Of a stretch of DNA of 24,983 bases, positions 1 through 9,179 are shown in pieces (the stretch's first letter is position 1; every line of letters starts with the position of its first letter). The stretch comes from a virus (taxonomy: Duplodnaviria > Caudoviricetes): positions 1-24,983 of IMG/VR virus record IMGVR_UViG_3300049021_000016; one strand, 5' to 3'. Below the pieces are notes generated by a model. It was not told where the DNA came from. It saw only the letters and a list, made by a program, of their open reading frames with translations, and did no database searches. The position numbers and the translations under genes were made by a program.

Positions 1-482
1 TGCCCGCATGGCTTGTTCAGCGTGACGGTGGTTGACTTGCTCGTTGTCTGCGTGACGCTGCCGCCGCTGCCGGCGCCATAACCGATGCTCCCGGAGGAGA
101 CTTGAAGGAAGTCACCATTGGAGTCGAGACGCATCCGCGTCGTGCTGCTGTTCCCGAGCGTCACTACACCAGGAAGCGTGGCATGGGTCGATCCGTAGAC
201 CTGTACGAAGCCGCCAGCAGTGACGGTCGCAAGAGGGTCCGCGCCAATGGTGTATGAGAACGCCGTGCTGCCGCTGCCGCCGACGTTGGAGCCAACGGAG
301 AGCCCCGCGGCCAGCGCGAGGTTGTAGCTCGAATCGACCGTGAACTTGACGTTCGATCCGGTATAGCCAGCGAAGGCGCCATAGGCCGGAGTCGTCCAGA
401 GCTCGCGCAGCGAGTAGTTCTCGTGCAGCATCGACTGCAGCGGCGAGATGGTCGATGGGCTAGTGAGTGTGGTTTCGCTCAT
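1..482 (-). CDS. Tail fibre-like structural protein (3' end runs off the window)
   Basis: Hand-translated from ATG at 482: MSETTLTSPSTISPLQSMLHENYSLRELW...RMRLDSNGDFLQVSSGSIGYGAGSGGSVTQTTSKSTTVTLNKPCG, open to base 1. The GYGxGxGGxVTQxTSKSTxVTLNKPCG motif is one I recognise from phage fibre proteins. Absent from the ORF track because it has no stop in the window. Confidence 0.7.
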   Translation of the reverse strand, partial: MSETTLTSPSTISPLQSMLHENYSLRELWTTPAYGAFAGYTGSNVKFTVDSSYNLALAAGLSVGSNVGGSGSTAFSYTIGADPLATVTAGGFVQVYGSTHATLPGVVTLGNSSTTRMRLDSNGDFLQVSSGSIGYGAGSGGSVTQTTSKSTTVTLNKPCG

Positions 483-486
483 GGCA

Positions 487-1179
487 TCAGGCCGAGAAGG
501 TTTCGACGAAATCGGCCGCTGCACCACCGGAACGGCGATAGGCCTGTGTGCTGTACTTCCACCGCGGAGCGCCCTGCATGCGGTAGTACGCAAGAGGCTT
601 GACGATGGTCACGGCCGTCCCCTGAGAAAACGCTCTGCGCGTCGGGGGCTCAAAGGTGACGGTGATGTAGTTGGCGTCGATCCACGAGAACGAAGTCCAA
701 GTGAACGATGTCCAGGTGAATGCTCCGCCGGAGCCGGATGGATCTGCGTCTGCAACAACCTTGGCGTGATGGCTCGTACCTACGCCGCTGCCGATCGTGA
801 ACAAGTCGCCGGCATAGAACCCGAGTGCGTTCACGTCAGCCCCGGTAAGGACCATCGATGTCGCGCCGGCCGGAACGTCGCCGACCAGCTTCAAGGTGCC
901 AGTGATTCCGCCGGCCGGCTCTGTGCGAATCGGGTCGTAGATGGCTGCCACGTTGACGCCACCACGCAGTTGCAGCAGGAATGCTTCAATGGCACCCGAC
1001 TCGGCGAGCGTCCGGTGTTCGCCAAACGTCACGCTTTGCGACCAGCGAGGTGGAGCCAGAAGGCGAGCCGCCTCGTCTCCGGTGGAGTCGCTGCGCTCCA
1101 TGGTGTCGAAGCGAAGTTGCCCCGGCGCCCAATCGACCACTAGCCCAGCAACCGTCGCTGACATCGTGATGACGCTCAT
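487..1179 (-). CDS. Distal tail (Dit-like) / tail tip protein, 230 aa
   Basis: Directly downstream of the tape measure gene with an ATGA overlap at 1176-1179 (start MSVITMS rather than the track's 1212). The call rests mainly on position. Confidence 0.6.
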   Translation of the reverse strand: MSVITMSATVAGLVVDWAPGQLRFDTMERSDSTGDEAARLLAPPRWSQSVTFGEHRTLAESGAIEAFLLQLRGGVNVAAIYDPIRTEPAGGITGTLKLVGDVPAGATSMVLTGADVNALGFYAGDLFTIGSGVGTSHHAKVVADADPSGSGGAFTWTSFTWTSFSWIDANYITVTFEPPTRRAFSQGTAVTIVKPLAYYRMQGAPRWKYSTQAYRRSGGAAADFVETFSA

Positions 1180-2948
1180 GCCGACACCCCCGATGCCCTG
1201 AGGCGCTGCCACAGGCTGCGGTCATAGGCGGCCAGCATCTCCGCCGTCTGCTGCTGTGTCTTGGCGACATCAGCAGTGCCGTCGATGTAAAGCGTTCTGT
1301 TGTCGTTGATGACAGGCGTGCTTCCTCCGCCGGGCCGGTTCATCGACGCGGGGATGATTGCCTCGCCCTTGTGAACCTTGGCGATCATGTCGCGCGGGAC
1401 GAACGGCGTTCCGACATCTAAACTCGGCAGGCCAGTGAAGAACGAGGCGATGCCACCGAACAAGGCAGAAAGCTGGCTTCCGCCGCTAGATCCGCCGCCC
1501 TTCTTGAAGATGGCGTTTCCGATGTCCGCCGCGATGGCCTCGGCCACCATGCGCTTGAGCAGATCGCCCCAACGCTTGCCGATGTCGTCGAAGTCACCGC
1601 CGAGCGCGTCTACGATCGTGTCGCCCAGCGCGTCCTGGATGTTGCGCTGCGCCTGATCGGCGAACGTGCTCATCTCGCGCGTCGTCTCTTTGAACTTCTC
1701 CGCCGCGTCCAGCTCGGCTTCGTGCCGCTTCTGCAGGTACTCCGACGTTGCGTTAAGTTGCTCGTCCTGCAACGCCTTCTCATATGCGGCGGCCTTCTCG
1801 ATCTCTTCGAGTTGCTCTGCGCGCAGACGGTCATCCTCGGCGGCGGCAAGTGCAACCTCCGACAGCCGAGGGTCGCTCGGGGTGATGCGAACCTGCTTCG
1901 GTGCCGTCCCCCCAACGGCTTTTGGCTTCTCTGGGATGGGCGGGAGAGTCGGCTTTGCTCCCAGGTTGGACAGCCGGCTAGCCTGCTCATCGCGCGCTTC
2001 GCGCCTTGCCTCGGCAATCTCCGCTCGCTTTGCTGCCAGCTCAGACTGTTTCGCAGCCAAGTCGCCTTCGAACTGCTTCCTTGCTTTCGAGTCAAGGCCG
2101 GGACGACTCAATGCCTCCTGCAGCGTCTGAATGTCCTGTGTCAGGTTGCGAATCTGCGAGGCGTCGCTGGGCGTATAGAACGCCTTAACGTTGTCGCGAT
2201 AGATGTCGAAGAGGCTCTTGCCTTCTTCGCGCGCCTTCCTGAATCGATCGATAGCGTCGTTCAGGGACGAGATGAGCGGGCCGGTTATCGCCCGAGCCAC
2301 ATCCACGCTGTTCTTTGAAAGCTCTGCGAGTTGCTGGTTAAACTTCTCTGCAGCCTCCGCTTCGGCTGTCGTCACCTTCGCGACAAGCTCGCTTTTCTTG
2401 GCGAGGTCGGCCAAAAACGGCGCCACCTCTTGGATCGACTTGCCGAACAGTGATTGAACGATGCGGGCCTTGTTGCCGTCGTCAGCAAAGCGCGCCAGCG
2501 CCACCGCCGTTTGCCGCAGCGCTTCCGCTGGGTCGATCCGCTTCAGTTCTTCCGCGTTCAGCCCGATGCTCTTGAGAATCGCGGCTGTATCAGATCCCGG
2601 CTTCGACTCGGATAGCACGCGGTTGAACTTGACCACCGTGCCGGACATGTTCTCGAACGACGTTCCAGTGCGGGCGGCGACATCCTCTAGCGCAGACAGG
2701 TTCTCAATGCTCGCGCCGGTCGCGTCCTTTAGGTCGTTGAGCTTGTCGATGCCGTTGACCGTCTCGCGCACGAATGCAGTGAACGTCCCGGCAGCAAAGC
2801 CTGCGCCGAGGAATCCGCCGAAGCGTGCGAATCCAGAGTTGGCAGCCTCCGCTCGCTGCTCGATGGTCGCGAGTCCGCGCTTGGCGCTTTCAAACGCCGC
2901 CTTGGTACGGTCCTCCGCCGATAGGACGATCTTGGCGTCATTAGCCAT
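1176..2948 (-). CDS. Tail tape measure protein, 590 aa
   Basis: N-terminus AKIVLSAEDRTKAAFESAK, Ala/Glu/Lys-rich helical body, and C-terminal LPSLDVGTPFVPRDMIAKVHKGEAIIPA motif typical of tape measure C-termini. Follows the chaperone pair. Confidence 0.92.
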   Translation of the reverse strand: MANDAKIVLSAEDRTKAAFESAKRGLATIEQRAEAANSGFARFGGFLGAGFAAGTFTAFVRETVNGIDKLNDLKDATGASIENLSALEDVAARTGTSFENMSGTVVKFNRVLSESKPGSDTAAILKSIGLNAEELKRIDPAEALRQTAVALARFADDGNKARIVQSLFGKSIQEVAPFLADLAKKSELVAKVTTAEAEAAEKFNQQLAELSKNSVDVARAITGPLISSLNDAIDRFRKAREEGKSLFDIYRDNVKAFYTPSDASQIRNLTQDIQTLQEALSRPGLDSKARKQFEGDLAAKQSELAAKRAEIAEARREARDEQASRLSNLGAKPTLPPIPEKPKAVGGTAPKQVRITPSDPRLSEVALAAAEDDRLRAEQLEEIEKAAAYEKALQDEQLNATSEYLQKRHEAELDAAEKFKETTREMSTFADQAQRNIQDALGDTIVDALGGDFDDIGKRWGDLLKRMVAEAIAADIGNAIFKKGGGSSGGSQLSALFGGIASFFTGLPSLDVGTPFVPRDMIAKVHKGEAIIPASMNRPGGGSTPVINDNRTLYIDGTADVAKTQQQTAEMLAAYDRSLWQRLRASGVSA

Positions 2949-2951
2949 GCG

Positions 2952-3661
2952 TCACTCGCCCGCGAAGGCGTCCTCCATGGCAGAGAGTTCCGCAGCCAGC
3001 AGCCGCTTGCGCAGTGCCGCCGTCTTGTCCGTCGGCTTGGGCTCCTCCGGCTCCGTCCACGGGTCCGGCGTCATGAAGTCCTTCGCTATGAAGGCTCGCT
3101 TCTCCGCATGCTCGTACCGCCCGCCGTTCTGCACAGCGGCCAGCATTTGGGCATGGCGGAATCGGTCCCACTCCGGGCCGATCTGCTCTGCATCCATCCA
3201 TGCCGTCCACTGGGCGAGTTCCTTTCCATTCATCCGCTGTTGCAGCTCGGCCACCGAGCATCGAAAGTGGGACGCAACTCGCATCTGCTCCCGCAGCGCG
3301 GGGTGATCGGTCAGGTTTTTTTTTCTGCCCCAACCGTCGCCGCAGCGAACAACTCATATCCCTCGGGCAGATGCTTCGCGCACCAGATGCGCCACTCCTG
3401 CTCGCTGTAGACGGGCTGTCGGTCATCCGCCAGCACGCATCGAGCAAGCACCCACGGCAGAATCACGTTCATGCGCCGGGCGTCGGCCTGCGCTTCCGTC
3501 TCACCGTCCAGCAGCGCCTTGACTTCGTTGCGCTTCTCGTTGAACAGGAGCAACTCCACGAGATCCATCGGGCGGACGACGACATCCCCGCCGAGAGGCG
3601 CGCAAGGCACCTCCGTTTCGGGGACGACAACCGCCGGGATGGACTCGCGGGAGATCGCCAT
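2952..3661 (-). CDS. Tail assembly chaperone frameshift product (lambda gpGT-like), using the 2952..3284 frame after -1 slippage
   Basis: The -1 frame after GAA AAA AAA reads NLTDHPALREQ and continues into MRVASHFRCSVAELQQRMNGKELAQWTAW, a T-like segment directly upstream of the tape measure gene. Confidence 0.8.
3311..3661 (-). CDS. Tail assembly chaperone (lambda gpG-like), 116 aa
   Basis: Start MAISRESIP overlaps the tail tube stop (TGATG at 3659-3663). Ends AEKKT* at the slippery run. Lies between tail tube and tape measure genes. Confidence 0.82.
   Translation of the reverse strand: MAISRESIPAVVVPETEVPCAPLGGDVVVRPMDLVELLLFNEKRNEVKALLDGETEAQADARRMNVILPWVLARCVLADDRQPVYSEQEWRIWCAKHLPEGYELFAAATVGAEKKT
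3316..3324 (-). other. Programmed -1 ribosomal frameshift site (A9 run, A AAA AAA)
   Basis: Minus strand GCA GAA AAA AAA ACC TGA. The -1 frame is open into the downstream T-like ORF, at the conserved G/GT position of long-tailed phages. Confidence 0.82.
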
Positions 3662-4305
3662 CAGTACACCGCCGGCAGCGCTGCGAAGGTCATGTCGATG
3701 GAGCCGCGCAGGGTGTCGTCCTGGATGGTCGGCACCTCTTGGTAGCTCCAATACGCATTCGCCACCAGGACCGTTCCGTCCGGGTAGGTGAACCGAACAG
3801 CGGTCGCAGTGGCCGTCTCAGCCACGGAACGAACCGTCGCCACGAAGCCAAGATCGTTGTCGTAGAACAGCGGCAGCGTGACCGTGATCGGCGAGCGCCG
3901 CGTCGGGATCTGCTTGTCGATCACGTCAGCAAGCGTGGTGATGTCGGCATAGCGTTGCTCGCCGCCGCCAACCTGGATATCCTTCGTGATCTGGCCGATG
4001 TTCGTCCAGGTGCTGATCTCGCGCACAGAGCCCGTGCCGCTTCCATTCGGGTAGCGCGAAGTGCTCGACGTGTCGATGGTGCCGAAGGTCACGTCGTTGG
4101 TGGCGACGGCGGTAGCCTTGACGATCCGCGAATTCAGTCGATCCCAGCCAGAAGTGACCTCCACGAACTCGCCGACGGCCACGCCGTGCGAAGCCTCAAG
4201 CGTCGCAACAGCGTTGGCGTCGTTCGTGATCGCGGACATGGTTTTCGATGCGGCGTAAGCGCTGGCGATTGCCACGGTGGTGCCGACTGCGAGGGTGATA
4301 GCCAT
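3661..4305 (-). CDS. Major tail tube protein, 214 aa
   Basis: AITNDANAVATLEASHG...GEFVEVTSGWDRLNSRIVK...WTNIGQIT...GGEQRYADIT...QIPTRRSP resembles the Phage_tail_3/TTP family. Position upstream of the chaperone fits. Confidence 0.88.
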   Translation of the reverse strand: MAITLAVGTTVAIASAYAASKTMSAITNDANAVATLEASHGVAVGEFVEVTSGWDRLNSRIVKATAVATNDVTFGTIDTSSTSRYPNGSGTGSVREISTWTNIGQITKDIQVGGGEQRYADITTLADVIDKQIPTRRSPITVTLPLFYDNDLGFVATVRSVAETATATAVRFTYPDGTVLVANAYWSYQEVPTIQDDTLRGSIDMTFAALPAVY

Positions 4306-4314
4306 ACGGCGCTC

Positions 4315-4741
4315 CTAAACGATGGTTTCCGGCGCAGCCGGGTGGACAAAGAAACGGGTGACGACGCGAATACGAACCGCGCCCACGGAGGCTTCGCCTT
4401 CGCTCGTGAGGACGCGCTCTACGCTGGTCAACTGGGTTCCGTGCAGCGCAGGGACAGCACACAGCGCCGTCAGCCCCTGCGCAGCAAGCGTGTGCATGGA
4501 GTCATCAATATCCGCTGTCGCGCGGGACCAGCCCTTCGCACTGCACGACAAGCAAATGCTGGTTGGTGCCGTCGGCCATTTGGGCCTCGATGGACTCGTC
4601 TTCGGCGGTCAGGCGCCAAGCAGGCATCTCCGCCTCTGACACGGGCCACAGGCGCGATGTGTACACACGCGATCCGGTGAGCGGCAGGCCCGTCATGCGG
4701 GCGGCCAGCGCATCGACAACCTGAGCAGCAGCGAGCGCCAT
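4315..4741 (-). pseudogene. Tail terminator (gpU-like) split by an apparent +1 nt insertion near 4524-4526; ~141 aa if corrected
   Basis: Start MALAAAQVVDALAARMTGLPLTGSRVYTSRLWP (TAATG overlap at 4739-4743) stops at 4505. Removing one C from GTCCCGC gives LVRATADIDDSMHTLAAQ...PAAPETIV ending at 4315, just before the tail tube gene. The span is 427 nt = 3n+1. May be a sequencing error. Confidence 0.65.
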
Positions 4742-5019
4742 TACGCCCTCGCCAGCACCAGGCGGGTGAGCACGCCGTCCGGCGGCTCGCGCAGCACCTG
4801 GCGCACGATGTAGGTGACCGCGTTGGCGACGAACGACTGACCCGGGGCGGCAACTGATGCCTCGGACGTTCGCACCAACGCGGTCGGCTGTTGCGTGGCA
4901 ACACCTTCGACCTCGATCACCGTCTGCGTATCGACGATGGCGGTCACCGCGGCGCTGTTGAGCGTCGCGGCTCCGCCAAAGTCGGCGAAGAACGGGGCGA
5001 GGTCTTCGGTGAAGGCCAC
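4741..5019 (-). CDS. Head-tail joining protein (gpFII/Phage_attach-like), 92 aa
   Basis: MAFTEDLAPFFADFG...YIVRQVLREPPDGVLTRLVL pattern, size and neck-gene position. GTG start. Confidence 0.75.
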   Translation of the reverse strand: MAFTEDLAPFFADFGGAATLNSAAVTAIVDTQTVIEVEGVATQQPTALVRTSEASVAAPGQSFVANAVTYIVRQVLREPPDGVLTRLVLARA

Positions 5020-5024
5020 GGCGT

Positions 5025-5417
5025 TTAGACGATCTTCTTCTTGCCGCTGGCGACGACGCTGACCGCAGCCGGGCCGGTCGTGATCGTGCCGACGAAGCCG
5101 AGGAAGCCTCCGACAACCTTCTTCGGATCGACCACCACGGTTTGCGTTGTCAGGTCCGTCGAAGTACCAACCGACGTGTACGTGTAGCCGGTGATGTCGG
5201 CGGCGCCGGTGCCGTTGGCATCGGTGGCCGACTGCAGCTTGCCAACGATCGTGCCGGCGGTCACCACGCCGACGTTCATCGTGACCAGGATTTCGCCGTC
5301 ATAGGGGCGCACATCCAGCCACAGGCCGGTGCCGCTGGTGGCGGCTGCGGTGTTCGCCGCATCAACGGCGTGAAGCAGTGCCGTCGAGGTCGCGGCAGAG
5401 GCTTGGCTGAGCATCAT
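5025..5417 (-). CDS. Virion structural protein, probable capsid decoration/cement, 130 aa
   Basis: Beta-rich Thr/Ala/Gly protein (GTGLWLDVRPYDG...GKLQSATDANGTGAADITG) downstream of the capsid gene, with an AAGGAG RBS. Confidence 0.55.
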   Translation of the reverse strand: MMLSQASAATSTALLHAVDAANTAAATSGTGLWLDVRPYDGEILVTMNVGVVTAGTIVGKLQSATDANGTGAADITGYTYTSVGTSTDLTTQTVVVDPKKVVGGFLGFVGTITTGPAAVSVVASGKKKIV

Positions 5418-5418
5418 G

Positions 5419-5646
5419 TCATTTCTCCTTCTTGCCGGCGGTCTTCACCGGCACAGTGGGTTTCACTTCGGGTTCCGGGTCGGCAACGACAGGAGTCGCG
5501 ACCGGAGCAGGGGCGACATAGCGCTCCACCGCTCCGATGCCAACGAGAAACTGGGCCGTGGCCGCGTCCACGTCTGCCACGTCGCCCGGCTTGATGTGCC
5601 GATCGACGCTGATGCAGACGCCGCGGATTGCGCGGACGGTTTCCAT
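5419..5646 (-). CDS. Small head-associated hypothetical protein, 75 aa
   Basis: Fills the gap after the capsid gene. HIKPGDVADVDAATAQFLVGIGAVE plus a Pro/Lys tail is typical of small post-capsid proteins. Confidence 0.6.
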   Translation of the reverse strand: METVRAIRGVCISVDRHIKPGDVADVDAATAQFLVGIGAVERYVAPAPVATPVVADPEPEVKPTVPVKTAGKKEK

Positions 5647-5652
5647 GTGGCG

Positions 5653-7602
5653 TTACGACAGGTTGGTCGAGACCACGAACGCTTGCGGGTAGCGGACGAG
5701 AACGTCCACCATCCACATCGCACGGATGCCGACTTGCGCCGCGTTGAAACGGGTGCCGCCCGTGTCGGTGGCGAGCTCGAGAACACCCCACTCGCCGACG
5801 ATCACCTCGCCCCACGAACCGAAGATCAGGTTGCTAGCAGCGACTTGCTCGGTGGACATCGCCTTGAAGCCGACGCAAGTGCCGTCCTGGCCGTTGCCTT
5901 CCCACAGCGGGGTGTCGGTGCTGGAGAAGCGCTGGGTCTTCATCAGCACAGCGGCGCCCGCGGCGTTGGTCAGGAAGCCGGGGTTGCTCAGAACAGCGTT
6001 CGAGCCGGCGGCGGTTGACCAGAAGGCGAGGATCTTGGCGTAGGTCGCCGAGGCCGCATCCTGGCCGGTCGTGACACCGGTCGTGTTCTTGATGCCCAGC
6101 GGCTGCGCGCCGCCCGTGCCGTTGATGATGGCCGAGTCCACACCGATCGCCAGCACCTTCGCCAGATCGTTCATGACGAACGCTTCGGCAGAAGGCGACG
6201 ATTGACGCAGCAGTTGCTCCGACACGTCCGTGATCGCGATAGCGGTCTTCGGGGTCAGCGACAGTTGTCCGAGTGCCTGATCCGCAGCGGTGATCGACGT
6301 GCCTTCGCCGGCTTGCCAAGTGATGCTTTGAGCACCGGTCTGGCGCGGCATCACAACGTTGCCTTCGAGGCCGGACATGAACGTGCAGCCCATCGGGCCG
6401 GCGAACATGCGATTGCGCAGCATGTCCACGAAGCCAAGGTTCTGGACATCGACCATGTAGCCGCCCTTGGAGCCGGGCGTGGTCGCCATGGCGCGCTGGC
6501 CTTGCGAGACCGGACGCTGCAGGATTTCAGCCGGCACGAGGAAGCTCGTGGTGGCGCCGCGGCCAAGCTTCTTGGCAACAGCGTTCGAGCACTCCACCTC
6601 GAAAGCCGCTTCCTGCATGAACTGCGGGAACTGGCCGCCGAACTTCAGGGCGCGAATGGCGCGGAGGATGCTGTAGCGCTGGGTCTCGTTGTTCGTCAGG
6701 CCCAGTTCGGCAGCGACGGCCGGCTTGGACTTGCCGCGCTCTTCGACGGTCTTGAGGATCTTGCCGGCCACCTCTTCCAGGCGAACGCCGTCACGGATCC
6801 ACTGATCCTCGATGCGCGAGTCGATGTTGGCGGAACGGCACATCGCAGAGATGGCCTCTTTCCGATCCTTCTCGACTTGCAGCGGGTCGAGACGGGTATC
6901 CGCGTTCGTGCCCGCGGCGGCTTGCGTGTCAGCCATGGTGGCTTTCTCCTTGGGAACCGCAGGTGCGGCGGGGGTTGAAACTTTGGGAATGGCGCGCTCG
7001 ACGGCCTCTTTGACGACAGCCTCGATAGCCGTGAGGTCGGCGCGCGTGTCGATAGAGATTTCGTTCTTCGTCTCGACTGATCGCGTCACGCGAACCGGCT
7101 TGGCATCGGTGTCCGCATCGCGGCCAACGCCAACGCTCGGGTCCGCCGGGACGGTGGCGAAGCTCACTTCCAGCACACCCCAATCGGTGGCCGTGAAGCG
7201 GTTGGACTTGGTGTCCTCGGTGACCTCATAGAGCTCGTAGCCGATGGAGACATTGCGCATGCCGCCTTCAACCATCGCGGCCACATCGCGGGCGCGGTCG
7301 GTATCGAAGAAGTGCGCATCGACCCACAGGCGGCCGTCTTCGACGCGCGCCCCGTCAACCATGCCGACCGGGTCGCTCCAGTTGTGGTTGAACAGCAGCG
7401 GCGCGGCGCCACCGTTGAGGCGGTCCATGCGGATGGACTTGTCGTCGTGGCGCAGCACCTCTTCGCCGAACCAGCGCTGCACAGGCATTTCGCTGCTTGC
7501 CGGGAACGACAGCCGCATTGGCTTGTCGGCCTCGCGCGTGATCGTCACTTCGGCGCCGAACAGGTCGCGCGCCAGCCGGCCAACCTTGATTTCGTTGGTC
7601 AT
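5653..7602 (-). CDS. Fused HK97-type prohead protease and major capsid protein, 649 aa
   Basis: Protease motifs PLLFNHN, RNVSIGY and LEVSFATVPADPSVGVGR. C-terminal HK97 capsid motifs GGYMV, MPRQTG, LSLTPKT, DSAIINGTG, QPLGI and RYPQAF. Confidence 0.93.
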   Translation of the reverse strand: MTNEIKVGRLARDLFGAEVTITREADKPMRLSFPASSEMPVQRWFGEEVLRHDDKSIRMDRLNGGAAPLLFNHNWSDPVGMVDGARVEDGRLWVDAHFFDTDRARDVAAMVEGGMRNVSIGYELYEVTEDTKSNRFTATDWGVLEVSFATVPADPSVGVGRDADTDAKPVRVTRSVETKNEISIDTRADLTAIEAVVKEAVERAIPKVSTPAAPAVPKEKATMADTQAAAGTNADTRLDPLQVEKDRKEAISAMCRSANIDSRIEDQWIRDGVRLEEVAGKILKTVEERGKSKPAVAAELGLTNNETQRYSILRAIRALKFGGQFPQFMQEAAFEVECSNAVAKKLGRGATTSFLVPAEILQRPVSQGQRAMATTPGSKGGYMVDVQNLGFVDMLRNRMFAGPMGCTFMSGLEGNVVMPRQTGAQSITWQAGEGTSITAADQALGQLSLTPKTAIAITDVSEQLLRQSSPSAEAFVMNDLAKVLAIGVDSAIINGTGGAQPLGIKNTTGVTTGQDAASATYAKILAFWSTAAGSNAVLSNPGFLTNAAGAAVLMKTQRFSSTDTPLWEGNGQDGTCVGFKAMSTEQVAASNLIFGSWGEVIVGEWGVLELATDTGGTRFNAAQVGIRAMWMVDVLVRYPQAFVVSTNLS

Positions 7603-9179
7603 CCTGCGTCCCTCTTGAATGCGACGACACGAGCCCGGTCGGGCTCCTCTTCGTCAACAGGTGAAGCCTTCGGAGGCGTGGCCTTTGCCTTCTCGGCTGC
7701 GCGGTCTGCGGCCACATCGGTATCCACCGCGATGCCGTTCGCTTCCAGCATCTCGATCTCGCGCTTGCGAGTTGCGATCACGTCTTCGATGTCGCGGCCG
7801 TCTGCGGTCTGCGCGATGACATCGGTCAGCGTGGTCAAGCCAGCCTTGATCGCTTCCTTGTAGGCTTCGACTTCCTTGGTGGGATCGATCCAAGACCAGC
7901 CGCGCGGCTTGAACAGCACCGCCTCGAACTTCGAGGCGTTCAGCACGTACTGATCGATGTCGATCGCAACGGTGCGCGAGTAAACGGCCTGACGCAGCCA
8001 CACCTTGTGCAGCGGCTTGCGGAATGCGCGGATCCACCACTGCTGCAGCATCCGCCACAGGTCGCGGTCATCCAGCAGCGCAAGACGCGAACTGCTGTAG
8101 TTGCTCTGGCTGTAGTCGCGAGACAGGCTCTCGTAGCTCACACCGCAGCCGGCCGCGACTTCACGCAGCATGTAGCGCATGAACGGGTCGAGTGCGACGT
8201 TGGGCCGATTCGGGTTGTGGAAGTTGAGCGTCTCGCCGGGGTTCAGCTGCTGGATCAACCCAGGCTGGATGTCCATCACCTGGGTGCCGTCGTCTTCCTC
8301 GTCGGTAGCGAAGTCAGCGTCCTTCGTCTCGATGGTCCCGAACAGGTAGGACGACATGCGCGCGGCCTGCACCTCGGCGCCGCTGTACTGATCCATGTCG
8401 TTCAGCTTGCGAGCGGAGGTGTGCAGCCACGGCTCGCCGCGGGTCTGGGGCCAGCGGTCAACAAGGCGCAGATGCAGGATGTGCTCGGCCGGCACGCGCT
8501 CGTAGCGATCCGTCGCCGGGCCGCCGCCGCGGTTAATGTCACCCGGGTGGCGCTCGCGGATCCAGTAGGCGATTGCGCGGCCGAATGTGTCGCGCTCAAT
8601 GCCCATGCGAACCTCGGCGCCACCAGGAGCACCCGGCATCGCGATGTCAAGCGGCACGCGCTCGGCCTCGATCAACTCCAGCGCCAGCGGAATCCGGCTC
8701 TCGCCAAACGAGGAGTAGTGCTTGCGGACAAACACCTCACCCGCCTCGAACACCTGCGCCATCGCGGCGCGCTCGAAGTCGTTGAAGTGCAGAGCCCCGC
8801 CCGTGTGGCAGTTCTCGGCGCACATCCACTCGCACCACGCCTCTTCAATCGAGGCGTTGACGCTCTCCGCGAGAGCCTTGCGCGTGGTCATGACTTGGGC
8901 CTGCATGCCCACGCCAGAGCCGATCACGTTGTTGACGACGATCGTTCTGGCGCGCTTTGCATAGGCGCTGTCGCGCACCATCTGCCGCGAAGCAGAGCGC
9001 AAGCGGGTCAGGCTGGATGAGAGTTCGGCATCGGCACTGCTGTCGCCGCCGACTCCGTATCCACCGGTCAGGCGCGACCCACGAGCGGCGGCGTACATGC
9101 GCGAGGAGCCCCGCTTCGGCTCAGAGCCGAACAGGGCCGCCATGACGCGACGCAGCCGAGAGGGGCGTTTGTCAGCCAT
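7599..9179 (-). CDS. Portal protein, lambda family, 526 aa
   Basis: LRSASRQMVRDSAYAKRA, GEVFVR, QTRGEPWL, GVSYESLSRDYSQSNYSSSRLALL and GWSWIDPTKEVEA are lambda gpB-family motifs. Confidence 0.95.
   Translation of the reverse strand: MADKRPSRLRRVMAALFGSEPKRGSSRMYAAARGSRLTGGYGVGGDSSADAELSSSLTRLRSASRQMVRDSAYAKRARTIVVNNVIGSGVGMQAQVMTTRKALAESVNASIEEAWCEWMCAENCHTGGALHFNDFERAAMAQVFEAGEVFVRKHYSSFGESRIPLALELIEAERVPLDIAMPGAPGGAEVRMGIERDTFGRAIAYWIRERHPGDINRGGGPATDRYERVPAEHILHLRLVDRWPQTRGEPWLHTSARKLNDMDQYSGAEVQAARMSSYLFGTIETKDADFATDEEDDGTQVMDIQPGLIQQLNPGETLNFHNPNRPNVALDPFMRYMLREVAAGCGVSYESLSRDYSQSNYSSSRLALLDDRDLWRMLQQWWIRAFRKPLHKVWLRQAVYSRTVAIDIDQYVLNASKFEAVLFKPRGWSWIDPTKEVEAYKEAIKAGLTTLTDVIAQTADGRDIEDVIATRKREIEMLEANGIAVDTDVAADRAAEKAKATPPKASPVDEEEPDRARVVAFKRDAG

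Noticed and set aside
3662-3751. Track start of the chaperone ORF at 3751, and similar upstream extensions at 1212, 5116, 12141, 20476, 21851 and 22470
   Set aside because: The extensions overlap upstream genes. Downstream ATGs at or next to the upstream stop codon (mostly TGATG/ATGA/TAATG overlaps) fit better.
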